In this document: piece after piece, positions 1-11,363 of the stretch | Position numbering within the stretch: position 1 is the first letter of the stretch | Layout: each line of letters opens with the position of its first letter | Notes under the pieces: generated by a model | Told to the model about the DNA's origin: nothing | What the model saw: only the letters and a program-made list of their open reading frames with translations | The model's database searches: none | Program-made: the position numbers and the translations under genes | From: Antedon mediterranea | Taxonomy: Eukaryota; Animalia; Echinodermata | DNA length: 64,000 nucleotides | NCBI RefSeq assembly: GCF_964355755.1 | Contig: NC_092674.1 | Coordinates: forward strand, 30,194,001-30,258,000 | Direction of reading: 5' to 3'

Positions 1-1959
1 GTTTGATTAAAGAAAAATATTTATATTGTAAAGAACTTTTCCTTTTCTTTTAAAATAGTATTTTTCTTTTCAAATTTACAACAACAAGATGGCCTTGTAG
101 TAGAGCGCCAACTGTGAGAAACAAGTTAGTCCAATTTATTTAACAAATGCCGACAAAATGTGTTTTTTATGCAACTAAAAAAACAACATTGCAACGAGAC
201 AAAAATACTGAAATGGTTCTTATCAGTGGTTTCTTAACATTTGTTTGGAATTTAATCTTCCTAAATTTGTCAAAAAATATTCAATTATTAACGTTTTAAA
301 TTTGAATTTAATTGTATAAGTCAAGTTTGCTTTGCCTTATATGTTGGTATGGATGTAGTTTTGTAGTTTTTTTTCTTTGTGGTATATTTGTATGAATTTA
401 TTTTTCTATTATACAAAAATACACTAATTGAGAAATTGCTACAAATTTTTTTTTTCATGTGTTTTTTTTAATATGAATAAATATACCAAATATATATTTT
501 AAAATTAATTCATGATTGACAAATGCAATATAGTACTGCAGTGTAGTTGATATTTCTTATTGTAGGAATAACTTGGTGGTTCTATGTAGCATGTGTTCTA
601 ATCCTATGATTGAGTCCGAGTCTAAACATCACAGTTCCGTTTTGTCTTTTATGCCATTAAAGTTTTAGCCAAAGCAGCATGAACCTAAAGTCGTGCATGA
701 TTATGCCTAAACTGATTTAATCAAATTGTGATTATTCTATCAATGTCAGAAAGGCAAAACAAAAATTAGATCAAGAATTTTAGCCATGGAGGACTTGCAG
801 TAATTTCTCTGTTTCCGGTCTTTTTGTACAGTATTTTGTATACAGATGTGTTATGGCTTAGAGTGATTAGGCCCAGGTGATATTCGTGTTAGTTCCTAAT
901 TACTTAAGATTCAAAAAGACCAATTGCATCAGTGTTTTGTACCCAAACACCTGTCTGTGTGTGACTTAAAAAACTAAAAGGTCACATACTTCATTCCATG
1001 AGAACATGATTAAATCTCAATGCTTAACATTAACTCAATTTCCGAAAAAATTGAAAATTTGACATTGAGGAAACCGTGAGGAAACTACACATAATATGAA
1101 TTCTTGATGAATGGTGTTTAACGGTTCGTTGGTTCATGAATGACCGGCAATTTCAAAGTCAAAATTTAGATTATATGGTGTAAATTTGTGTGTTATAATG
1201 CCATCTAGGCAATGAAAATACAGTGAATTATGCACACATAGATTGACATGCTGGTGATATAATAAAAATATATGTGATGAAATAGGATCTAAATTTTAAT
1301 TTTGTGACAGAAAATAACATTTAGCATGAAATTAAAGGTATTGTATTGTTACAGAAATGAATATGTTGTATGATATAATTGTAATATTAAGTATATCAAA
1401 GAGTTGACCTTCTCCTCAATTTAAATTTAAGTAAAAACATCCTCAAATTGTTAGATAATACTGAAGCACCCTACCATCAAAAGCAGTAAGCTACCAGGAA
1501 CTGACAGATGCAGGGCCTGTCAAAATTAGGTGCAAGGACAGATGTTATGTTAGATCATATGGAATGTGTTATTTTACCCTCAGCTGTTTAGTAGTGGAGT
1601 TGAGATCATTAGGCTAGATGGGGCCGACATCATTGTCTCTGTTTAGGTTAGGCCGTCTCAATGTCAGCATTTAATGTTACCGTTTATGACACATTTTAGG
1701 AAGTCATAGAAATAGTTCTTTTAAAATAGTTCAATTTCAGCACATGTTTATGTATTTATGTGACATATGAAATGGCCTGTTTCTGGTGCAAGTAAATAAA
1801 TAGCCTGTGAATAAATTATACATTCAGAAACTGGAAACATTTCAAACAAGGCTATGGTTAAAAACCCAGTTTATTTATTAACATTTGTTGCAGAATGCAG
1901 TCTGTTGTTTACAGAATATATATAAAATATGATTTTTTTGTTATTTGACACCAAACTTA

Positions 1960-2182
1960 AGCTCTATCTACACTCTCGACCTTTATGTGACATAAAAAAG
2001 GGTTGAGCCCATATATGGACATGATGATGTCTTATTACTACCATATTTGCACATATCACTACCATATTTGTGCATATCACTACCATATTTGTGCATAGCA
2101 CTACCATATTTGTGCATAGCACTACCATATTTGGGCACATCATACTTTTTTTGTCACATAAACGTTGATAGTGTAGTAGAGT
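1960..2182. mobile_element. MITE family A copy with internal 21-bp tandem expansion
   Basis: Ends resemble AGCTCTGTCTACACTATCAAAC / GTTTGATAGTGTAGACAGAGCT; internal CACTACCATATTTGTGCATA repeats. Confidence 0.75.
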
Positions 2183-3469
2183 ATCCAATAATTGATTCCA
2201 AAATGTGATTTAACTTGTGAATATTATCTAGGCCAACCATGGGCAGAATGTGCTTGCTCAGAATGTCACAGAATGTTTATCCTGTCCCCTTTATGATTAG
2301 GGTCAGAGCTTGTCATTGGCTCTGGTAATTTGTAAGCCGATACCTGTATGTCTCCTGTGATCACCTGAGTCAGTTAACATGCTTTACCTGGTGTTGAAAA
2401 ATACTTTTTCACTGGTTGACAATGATGCTGTACAGAGAGGGGTTAAGGTGGGTGAGAACAACCCTAGATTTTTTTTTAAACATTTATTTATTATTTATTC
2501 CTTCTTTTGACTGGATTGCATTTTCAGTAACGTAGTACTGCTTTTAAAAATTGTCCAGTTACAAGGTTTAAAAGTAAAGAAAAGTTATAACATATAGACA
2601 AAAAAATAAAAGCATACATATTTTTGAAAGATATATACAAAAAAAGTTTAAAACAAATTGATTTAAAAAAGATTTGGCCTAGGGCATATACATCTGATAT
2701 TTTGAAATTCAGCTCCAACCATATTCACAGAGTAATCCACCCTAGGCCTGCCTCCCAACCTCACATTCGTTTCAATATTATTATCCATTATGCATATAAT
2801 ATATGAATAAAGAACAAATAAGCTTATTTCCTTCAGTCATAAATAAAATATTTTCTTCGTTATAAATAAAATGTGATATTAATAAATCTGCTATTTGCCC
2901 TTTAATATATTAACATGCCAATGAAGACGACTTCCTCTTTAAGAATTCAGGTGACCTACTTCCAAGTAATCTCCTTCTTCATTTTTGTTGAAGCCATTCT
3001 GTTTTGATCCCCTTATAGCACAACAATTTGAATATCAAAGGTTATACACGTTAAATGTTACATTCTGAAATTCTGAATTCACACATGAATATTGCACAAG
3101 ATTTAAATGATAGACAGGTTCTGGAACCTAGGCTCTGTTCACACATGAATATTGCGCATGTTAAATTAGGCCCTGTTCACAGTATAGCGTATATGACGCT
3201 TATTTGGTTTAAGTAATTTATTGTGTAATTTGTATAGTATGTTTATTGTTCTCATATATTTATTCTTTTTTAAAATAGTGTACAAAAAAACGAATTTCCG
3301 ATATGTTTTATTGGACCAAATAAATGCTGTGAGAGCAACACATTGATATTATTATTCAGCCTTTTAGCCAATTAAAATATTCCATATGATGATAACAAGA
3401 AACGAAAATAATATGACATTGGTATGAGCGCCGTACACTAATACACCATAACTCTATCAGTGTGATCAT

Positions 3470-3607
3470 AGCTTCAGTCTACACTATCAAATTAGTTTGA
3501 CAAAAAAGTGTAATGTGGCCAAATGTTAGTGATATGACATCATCATGTCCATATATGGGCACATCACATTTGTTTGTCACATAAAGTTTGATAGTGTAGA
3601 CAGAACT
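3470..3607. mobile_element. MITE family A copy
   Basis: GTCTACACTATCAAA...TTTGATAGTGTAGACAG TIR; shared core ATATGGGCACATCAC. Confidence 0.8.
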
Positions 3608-5799
3608 TTTAGTTTGTTGCAACAATTTTGCTACAATGTAGCACGTAAGAAATCTAGATTTTAACTCTGCATTTGAATTATGATTATTTCTAGTAGCAAG
3701 TTGTGGTTGTAGCATGATGTTGTTTCAACATTGACTGGAGAATTCACCTTTGACCTGCCTCGTTGACAGGTAATAGTGGTTTTGTGGCAGACACCAGGTG
3801 GCTCTCTTGAAGCAATTTTACTCGTAATCAATCAAACTAAATTCGGAAATGACTTTTCCTGTAATTTGACGTATGAAATTGGTTGCCTAAAATTTCAACA
3901 GTTTATTATGGCAGTGCATCAAGAATTATTCCATCAGAAGATTTTTTTTATTGGTAAAAAAAGTTAATTTATAAAACTTTCCCAAAATTGGAATCGAGTC
4001 ACAGATGTAAGCAACATTAAATTGAAAAATACCTAAGTTTTCCAATTTCAGATTCAATATATTATTTATAGATTACAGTTGTTTTAATGTGCTGGAGGCT
4101 CAGAATAAGCCCAGGGGTCTTAAAGCTAGTTCTACAAGGAAAAAAAGTATTTATAATAAAAAATAAAAGGTATAATTAGCTACATATTATTACCAGCTAT
4201 AGGACACTATCTGGACAAATGGACAGTTGCAATGTCTTGAGTCTAAATTAAAACTGTTTTGAAAAGACTCCAATGAAAATAAATACGTTTTACTAAGCTT
4301 TTTGGGCTATCTTGGAAAATCTTCTATAAATTGATTTCTCAGTAATGTCAGTAGTTAATGTTATCCCTATATGTATTTCTTAAAATGATTTTCTAAATAA
4401 AATCAAATCTTTAAAATAGGTGTAGGCCTATAATAGGACATAAAATAATTTTAATTACATATACCGTACATACTACTGTTATGACAAAACCATAAAATGG
4501 TTGTAATTTTACCAACTGAGTGTTCCTGCTGTCATTTATGAACTGTATTTACATTTTCTAAGAACCTGGAAAGGATATTATGGAATTTGACAAGGAAATT
4601 ATAGATCTGTCGAGGACGTCATTACTAAAGTCAATTTCCTGTACTTTATGAAATTACCAGAAATACAGGAAATCGTAAAAACATCGATTTAATAGGTGTG
4701 TTGGTTTACAATAGAAGATCTTTTTTAATTTCATAACAAACAAAATTATAATGATGAAATTAAAAAAAAAGATCTTCTATTTCAAATAAACACAAAATAT
4801 TTGCAAATTGTTTAAATAATAAAAAAAAAAATCTTCTATTTTAAAGCAACACAAACAAGCTGCAAATTGTTTAAAATAACTATATTTTAAAAACAATTTC
4901 TGCTATTTGTTTCTGAAATGAATTGGATGGAATTGAATTGAAATGAATTGATGGAATTGACTACAAATAGCACAACATAATACTGTAGGCCTACCATAAA
5001 TTAAAATTATTTTTTTCTTTAGGCATGAATTGTCATTTACCGCATCTGCTTCTCATCATTAACTGTCATCAAAAGATGCCTTTTATATTTTCAAAATTTA
5101 AACTACTGTATTACCAAACACCAAAAAGACAAAATGGCATAGAAAGCATAACAATACCAAATCATAAATCCAAGATAGAAGATAAAAAATTAACAAAAAT
5201 TACAAAAAATGGTCAAGATTTAGAAAAGAAAAACATAGTACTTTCAATATAGTTCACACAAACTCCAATACCCATTTCTGGGACAACTTTTATCATCAGT
5301 CTCTGAAGGGTAAATGACAGGGTTGTCATGGGCCTCCATAGACTAGCTACGCACAAGAGCTAGGCAGCAGCCAACAAGTCTGCATGCAGATCTCCTGAAG
5401 CCCTGTACAGTGAGGTAGGCAGGTGTGTTGCTATGAAATATAGCTATGATGACAGTTACAGGCGTACATAATAAAATTTACCGTTTATTACCAACACATT
5501 TGAGTCCCTGCTGGATGCAGAGTAAACTATGTTGTTTTTTTCAAAGTCTAGGCAAGTCAGTTAGCCAAGCATATTAATCTGATTTGTGAATTTAGCCTGG
5601 TTTTTTATTGGAATAGGGAAAAATATCAACATGGGAGAAACCTATATGAGATATACCAAAGTGAAAATGTTATAGGGCGCTTGTTACTCTCTTCACAACT
5701 CATGCGTTTAATCAGCTTTGAGAAGGCCTCATTTGCTTGGGCATGTTGTAGTCAGACACCATTTTATCCATCAAGCATGAAATCAAAATGTCCTTAAAT

Positions 5800-6119
5800 T
5801 AAGAGGAGTAAACAAAAGTAAGAGGAGTAAACAAAAGTAAGAGGAGTAAACAAAAGTAAGAGGAGTAAACAAAAGTAAGAGGAGTAAACAAAAGTAAGAG
5901 GAGTAAACAAAAGTAAGAGGAGTAAACAAAAGTAAGAGGAGTAAACAAAAGTAAGAGGAGTAAACAAAAGTAAGAGGAGTAAACAAAATTAAGAGGAGTA
6001 AACAAAATTAAGAGGAGTAAACAAAATTAAGAGGAGTAAACAAAAGTAAGAGGAGTAAACAAAAGTAAGAGGAGTAAACAAAAGTAAGAGGAGTAAACAA
6101 AAGTAAGAGGAGTAAACAA
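5800..6119. repeat. 19-bp minisatellite, ~17 copies (TAAGAGGAGTAAACAAAAG)
   Basis: Direct inspection. Confidence 0.95.
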
Positions 6120-6312
6120 CTACAGACAGCAATAAGGATGGTATTAATTAAAACCTTTAAATAATTATACAGCATCTACTGATTAAAAAAAAGATGAAAC
6201 TCATGTTTCTCTTATCAAATTGCTAGCTTAGCCTTGTTAAATGATTTGAACATAGGACCGTGTTTTTGTAAGCAGGCAATTTTATTTACTGTTGGTTTTA
6301 GAAACAAAATAA

Positions 6313-6413
6313 TGTCTTCACTATCAAACAAAGGTATGATGTGACATCATTGTGTCCATATATGGGCACATCATATTTGTTGTCACATAAAGTTTGATAG
6401 TGTAGACAGAGCT
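6313..6413. mobile_element. MITE family A copy abutting the Kolobok-like element
   Basis: Same TIR and core as 3470-3607. Confidence 0.75.
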
Positions 6414-6565
6414 TAAAGACCCCTTCCCTGCAATTTTGGACGTTTTTTGGAAAATAATACATATATATCACTTTAAAAACATTAAACCATGTCATTCCTT
6501 GTCTTAAATGTACGTTTTATGGTAAATTATGATAAAAAGTGAGAAACAATGCACTACCTAAGTAG

Positions 6566-6863
6566 TGTTGTGAACGGCGCCCGTTGGGTAAACAGACCAC
6601 CCCGCCGACCGAACGAGGGCGTCGCCCCGATAGCCTGATTTGCATACAGGGGGTATGCAAATGTTAACGTGGGACCTCGACGCCGCCCGAGCTGGTCTAT
6701 TCGAAGCAGGAACCAAGGAGAAACGGACACAACCGGAATTGACCAAGATATTTGGATTTACTGCTTACGGATACTTGTGTGATTTAGGACAAGCGGGACT
6801 GTTAAGGTAAGCCTAGTAGCTTTCATTATCAGGCCATTCCAGCACCGACCTAAAATCACAACA
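6566..6863 (+). repeat. 5' LTR (298 bp)
   Basis: TG...CA ends, 8-bp terminal inverted repeat, no differences from the 3' LTR seen by eye. Confidence 0.96.
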
Positions 6864-6864
6864 T

Positions 6865-6878
6865 TGGCGCTGCGAGCA
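6865..6878 (+). other. Primer binding site, likely tRNA-Ser
   Basis: TGGCGCTGCGAGCA 1 nt after the 5' LTR; reverse complement TGCTCGCAGCG-CCA resembles the 3' end of metazoan tRNA-Ser(CGA/UGA). Confidence 0.8.
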
Positions 6879-8082
6879 AAAGCTCGGAAATTTTTTTTTT
6901 TTTGGTGGGGAGGCGGGTGCCTTGATTGCCAGCTGGCATTCTTAACGTGATCGGGTTGATTGCGAGGTATTTTGTCCTCTGCTGAAACTATTAACTTATT
7001 GTACTTACGGTGCATTTGTTAGTTTATTGAAGTTGGTATATTTATTGAAGATTACAACATACCGGTAAAGTTAATCACGCAGTATTGTGGCATTTGGATA
7101 CTTGCTGATTAGCGTATCGACGGGGTAGTCAATGCGTACCGGGAGTTGTATTAATATTTTGCTATAGTTGAAGGATTAGTGGGCAGTTTACTAGGCCGTA
7201 TCACCTGGTGGGATACTAGGCGTGGCCGTTGAACTGAGTGGCACCACTAATTTTAACTTTGATTGTTTTTTATTGATAACATCTTTTTCGTCCATCAGTC
7301 AGGTTTTTCATCTTGAGAAATTATACTGGCTGTGTGTAATATATTGTGTTAACTTCACAGTGGCATTACCGCTTTCCTTTCTTTGCATCGGGGGAAGGTT
7401 TAGTGGTAAGTGTTGTTAAACTGTATCGACGTCTTTTTATTAATCTAGTTGCTTGTTATTGCAGGTTTGCTGGTGCAATATTTTAACTGTATTTGTATCG
7501 CCAGCTGCCATTTTGCAATATTTGTGTGCGTGTTATTGCATTGACGATATTTTATTCTATTGTTGGGCCTGTAATTTTTATTACGTCTGGCGGTATTTTA
7601 ATTTGTATCGTACTCTTTGCTTGATAACATCTGTTATCTCACACTGCAGCTAGTTTTACCACACTGAAGATCGTAAAGTGTTACTTACAACTTTTACTCC
7701 GTGCCAGTCTGTTTTCTTCTGGAAAGCTTGAAGACTGTTCACGTGATTTGTGACTTCAACTTCACACGCTGATTATCACTGCCTTTCTGTGGAGGGGAGT
7801 GGTCTGGTGATCAGTGTTCGTTGAGCATTACCAAGATCTGGATTTGAAGTATCGTCATCATTTGAATGCTGTGCAATTGGTGAATGTATCACAAATGTTT
7901 TAATAGTTTTATGCCCATTTTAATAGTACAGGCATTGGTATTTTATGGCATTTTACATTCCTAGTTTATACACAGTATTCATCTTAAACCGGATAAGTAC
8001 TAGTGGCAGAACATACATTTAGATACATTTTAATGAAAGTCTTTGACTTCTGGCAATACTTTTATATCGTATGTTTTAAAGG

Positions 8083-10536
8083 ATGCCTCATGTTGCAATA
8101 AATTTCTGGACAGAGCCGGAGCTCGTCCATCTACTAGGAAAAAGAGCTAGGAAAATTACTGATTGGAGGTCCAAATTTGGAAATATTAGAGCCTGTGACT
8201 TAGAATATTTAACTGGAATCAAGTGCTTGTCATCCAAAACGACTCGCTGGGATTTCACACCGAATCCTCAATTAGTGAGTAGTTGGGTTCAGAACACTAG
8301 CACTCCTCAACTGTTCCATGCAGCACAAGTTCCATTTGGAACTTATTCCGGTGATTTACCTGGTGGTAGTTTCTCATGGAGACACACCAGTACCAACCAA
8401 CCTAGTTCTGACCACAGAGAAAAGACAGATTCAGGTTGTAGGAATACTCACTATAGGTATGCAACCAAAGCAGAATGTCAACCAATATCTGAACTGTTAG
8501 CTTTAGACTCTAGTCTTAATGTACGGGGTCACCATTGCACTAAAGGTAGTAAAACCTCAAAAACTAGATCTGTGTCTAAGCTTTGTAGATTACTGACAGA
8601 GGATTGTTTCAGTGACTCTTCTAGTAGCTCTAGTCTTATGGACTCCAGCTCTAGTAATGATGAGAGTTGTACAAGTGACGAAGATAGTGATCAGGATAGG
8701 GCTTATGGTAAATATTCTACGAGTGTTCAATCTAGAAGACGACACTCGCATAGGCATTCCCAACGATCACAAAAACTATTGAGACAGAAAGACATTCCCA
8801 AGTCTCTAACTTTTAATGGCTGGGATGATGACTGGTATCCTTTTAAGAAACGGTTTAGATCTTTCGCAAAGGCGCAGAACCTTACCACCGGGGATAGTAA
8901 AAATGCCCTTTTTTGGTGTATGGAGGGACCTGCGGCGAAGTTCTTAACCAATCTTTTAAGGATGGAGCCAACATTAGACTTCAAAGAGATGATGGATGTC
9001 CTCAGTGTACGTTTCGGAGACGGTGAGCGGTCTCTAAAACAGGAACGACACGAAACTATAGAAAAATGGGGACGTAGAGTCATGACTGTAACCGAGAAAG
9101 CCTGTAGTGATCTACCTAGATCTAGAGTGCAAAAGCTACAGGTGGAATGGTTCTGCACTGGGTGTCACGACAAGGATGCTGGTGAGTATGTTTCACGGAA
9201 ACATTGTGCTACTATCACCGAAGCTCTTGAAAAATATAGGAGGTTTGACTGTCGCCGCAAAGGGTTGTACAGAGAGCATGGGAGAAAAGTCAGAAATGAT
9301 TTAATGCCCCGTACTAGGTCTATGACTTATACTCTCTGTAGCTCAACCCATCATCACATATCCTCACACGAAGATGAAGCCGAAAACCATTATCAAGCTT
9401 CTGAAATCTGGAGTAGGCCGAAAGCGGAGTCATCAATTGGAGAAGAGGACGTGCCCAACGGGAAATCTCTTACCATGATGGAGGCTGCAGGGCGGCAAGG
9501 TAAAAACAGACTTCCTGGCACATCCGATGAACTCCAACTTTTGGCATCTTACTCCTCACCAACATCGGACATGCTTCCTGTAGCAGACCCATGTATTACC
9601 ATGGAACAACCAGAGACCACAGAACGAGGGTCCATTTTACCCACTGGTGAAATGCCTAACCTTGTCACACCAACCAGTGAATTGACAAGAAAGAAGAAAA
9701 GTCAAGAATCAGTGTCAAAATCTGCCCGTGCTAATCTGGATTTCCCAGTGGTTGACTCATGGTTGGCTAGCATTTCGGGTCAGGAAAGGACACATACAGC
9801 ACACACCACAGCTCTTGACTTCACAGTGGTTGAATCATGTTTAGCCACCCTTGTTGAAGACCTAGAAGAGAGGATTAAGGTACCAGTGCCTGATTTCCCA
9901 GTGTTTAATCCAGGGGAGAAGCCAGGAAAAACTAAACCCGATGGTACCAAAGAACCACGTAGACGACGGCAACTACCCACCATTCCGGTAGAGTGGCCTG
10001 AACCAACATGGAGTCCACAAACTCCAGAACAACACAGACGATGGCCGCAACTACCTACCAATCTGGTAGGTAAGCCTGAACTACCTCGACGAAGACGGAG
10101 ATTACCTACCGTTCCGAAAGAAAGACAAACTGTGGTATCCGCTTTTTCTGTTGCTGATATCCAATCGGCCAGTATTGGAGTCTGTAACACTCCAGTGATT
10201 TCGGTCACAACTGGATCTGATCGGGCTAGTTGTAAACCGGCTGCGAAAGATGTGGGGTCGACCACAGTGGAGGTTACTACCGGATTGACAGACCAACCCC
10301 AGGTTAGAATGGTAACTGAAGTACCCCCTGAACACAAGGTAAGTATGCTTTGTCTTTCAGGTACAGAGTTTACGGTGATATCTTCCTTTCCTATCAGAAA
10401 GCAAGCCCGTAGCTCTCAACGGTTACATTCTTGGGTACTCACCCCGACTAGACCTGGGGTTCTACACAGCAGGACTGAGAAAGTAGACCCCAAGCTAGCT
10501 GGGACGATTCCGTGGGATCCAGGAGGTGAAACTTAA
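8083..10536 (+). CDS. gag: Gag-like protein, 817 aa (HhH-like N-terminus, Ser/Asp-rich tract, capsid-like core, Pro/Arg-rich C-terminal tail)
   Basis: Long intact ORF after the PBS; segment LTFNGWDDDWYPFKKRFRSFA...CMEGPAAKF...LSVRFG...LKQERHETIEKWGRRV...VEWFCTG follows the Ty3/Gypsy capsid pattern; no CCHC knuckle seen. Confidence 0.8.
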   Translation: MPHVAINFWTEPELVHLLGKRARKITDWRSKFGNIRACDLEYLTGIKCLSSKTTRWDFTPNPQLVSSWVQNTSTPQLFHAAQVPFGTYSGDLPGGSFSWRHTSTNQPSSDHREKTDSGCRNTHYRYATKAECQPISELLALDSSLNVRGHHCTKGSKTSKTRSVSKLCRLLTEDCFSDSSSSSSLMDSSSSNDESCTSDEDSDQDRAYGKYSTSVQSRRRHSHRHSQRSQKLLRQKDIPKSLTFNGWDDDWYPFKKRFRSFAKAQNLTTGDSKNALFWCMEGPAAKFLTNLLRMEPTLDFKEMMDVLSVRFGDGERSLKQERHETIEKWGRRVMTVTEKACSDLPRSRVQKLQVEWFCTGCHDKDAGEYVSRKHCATITEALEKYRRFDCRRKGLYREHGRKVRNDLMPRTRSMTYTLCSSTHHHISSHEDEAENHYQASEIWSRPKAESSIGEEDVPNGKSLTMMEAAGRQGKNRLPGTSDELQLLASYSSPTSDMLPVADPCITMEQPETTERGSILPTGEMPNLVTPTSELTRKKKSQESVSKSARANLDFPVVDSWLASISGQERTHTAHTTALDFTVVESCLATLVEDLEERIKVPVPDFPVFNPGEKPGKTKPDGTKEPRRRRQLPTIPVEWPEPTWSPQTPEQHRRWPQLPTNLVGKPELPRRRRRLPTVPKERQTVVSAFSVADIQSASIGVCNTPVISVTTGSDRASCKPAAKDVGSTTVEVTTGLTDQPQVRMVTEVPPEHKVSMLCLSGTEFTVISSFPIRKQARSSQRLHSWVLTPTRPGVLHSRTEKVDPKLAGTIPWDPGGET

Positions 10537-10809
10537 TGGATGCTGTCACTTCTGACTGCGCTTTCTGAGTGTAGTCTACAAGAATCTTGACGGAATCAAA
10601 CTGGAATTGTGCCCATGACGACGGAGCAGTTGAGTTGACTCGTTTCCACTGGAAACCTCAACTTAACTCACATCAATATCAACCTGCCAAATGGTTGCAT
10701 TACTTTTGCTCGTGGCAATGTAATGTACATTTGTTGAACTCAGGTTGATCTTGGAAGTTGCTGCAGATGGTAAGTATAGTGATGCAGGAGCTGATATCTG
10801 TACATCAGT

Positions 10810-10935
10810 ATGCCTCCTGAGCTTCACACTTACCATGATGATGTAGAAGAAGACGTACAGAACCCACATTTCAGGGAGTGTCCCCGGTGTATTCAAGCTA
10901 GTGTGAGAAAGGTGGAATGCTTCCCTTTTAGAATG
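10810..10935 (+). pseudogene. Possible remnant of an integrase HHCC zinc-binding domain
   Basis: HTYHD...EEDVQ...RECPRC...FPF resembles an internally deleted H..H..DV..CxxC..PF segment of Gypsy integrase. Confidence 0.4.
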
Positions 10936-11069
10936 GGGAGGTGTGTTGTGAAAGGGGTCTCACGCTTGAATATCCTGTCCAGTTTGCTCATTTGCATGTA
11001 AATCAGCTGGTTGAAATGCAGGGTTGACCCCACCAGGATAGGCTGGTTATTAGTTCTTGTTTTTTTCAG

Positions 11070-11330
11070 GTGCAGCTGAGAAATAAGACGGTGGTTTTAA
11101 ATCATGACAAGCTGGCTGATTTTAATTTACCTCCTCTTTCTTCACCTACAGATCCGGATGCAGGACCGTTGTATTGTCTATGTCGCCAGCCCTGGGCCGG
11201 CTCGTTTATGATACAATGTGACTATTGCGAGGTGTGGTACCACGGTGCATGTGTGAATATTGCACTATCTGAGGCCTGGGACATTGACTTATATCGATGT
11301 GCGGACTGCAAGTCCTCAGTTAACAATTAA
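11070..11330 (+). CDS. Integrase C-terminal tail fused to a PHD finger (no ATG of its own; probable spliced exon)
   Basis: VISSCFFQVQLRNKTVVLNHDKL resembles the GPY/F-module end (YxV...VxHxDxL); LYCLCRQPW..FMIQCDYCEVWYHGACV...YRCADC is a complete C4HC3 PHD. Confidence 0.85.
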   Translation: MQLRNKTVVLNHDKLADFNLPPLSSPTDPDAGPLYCLCRQPWAGSFMIQCDYCEVWYHGACVNIALSEAWDIDLYRCADCKSSVNN

Positions 11331-11363
11331 GTACTCACGTTTACCTTCTCTTCTTCCTCAGAT

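Noticed and set aside
5783-6005. Periodic ORFs (also 1964-2188, 15135-15434, 21494-21721, 44160-44558)
   Set aside because: Translations of minisatellites, not genes
10339-10360. 22-nt GT-AG mini-intron within gag
   Set aside because: Too short for typical metazoan splicing and frameshifting; the donor and acceptor more plausibly pair with distant sites
10537-11069. Frameshifted pol making the element autonomous
   Set aside because: Only ~530 bp with stops; no DTG protease, YxDD or DDE motifs recognisable
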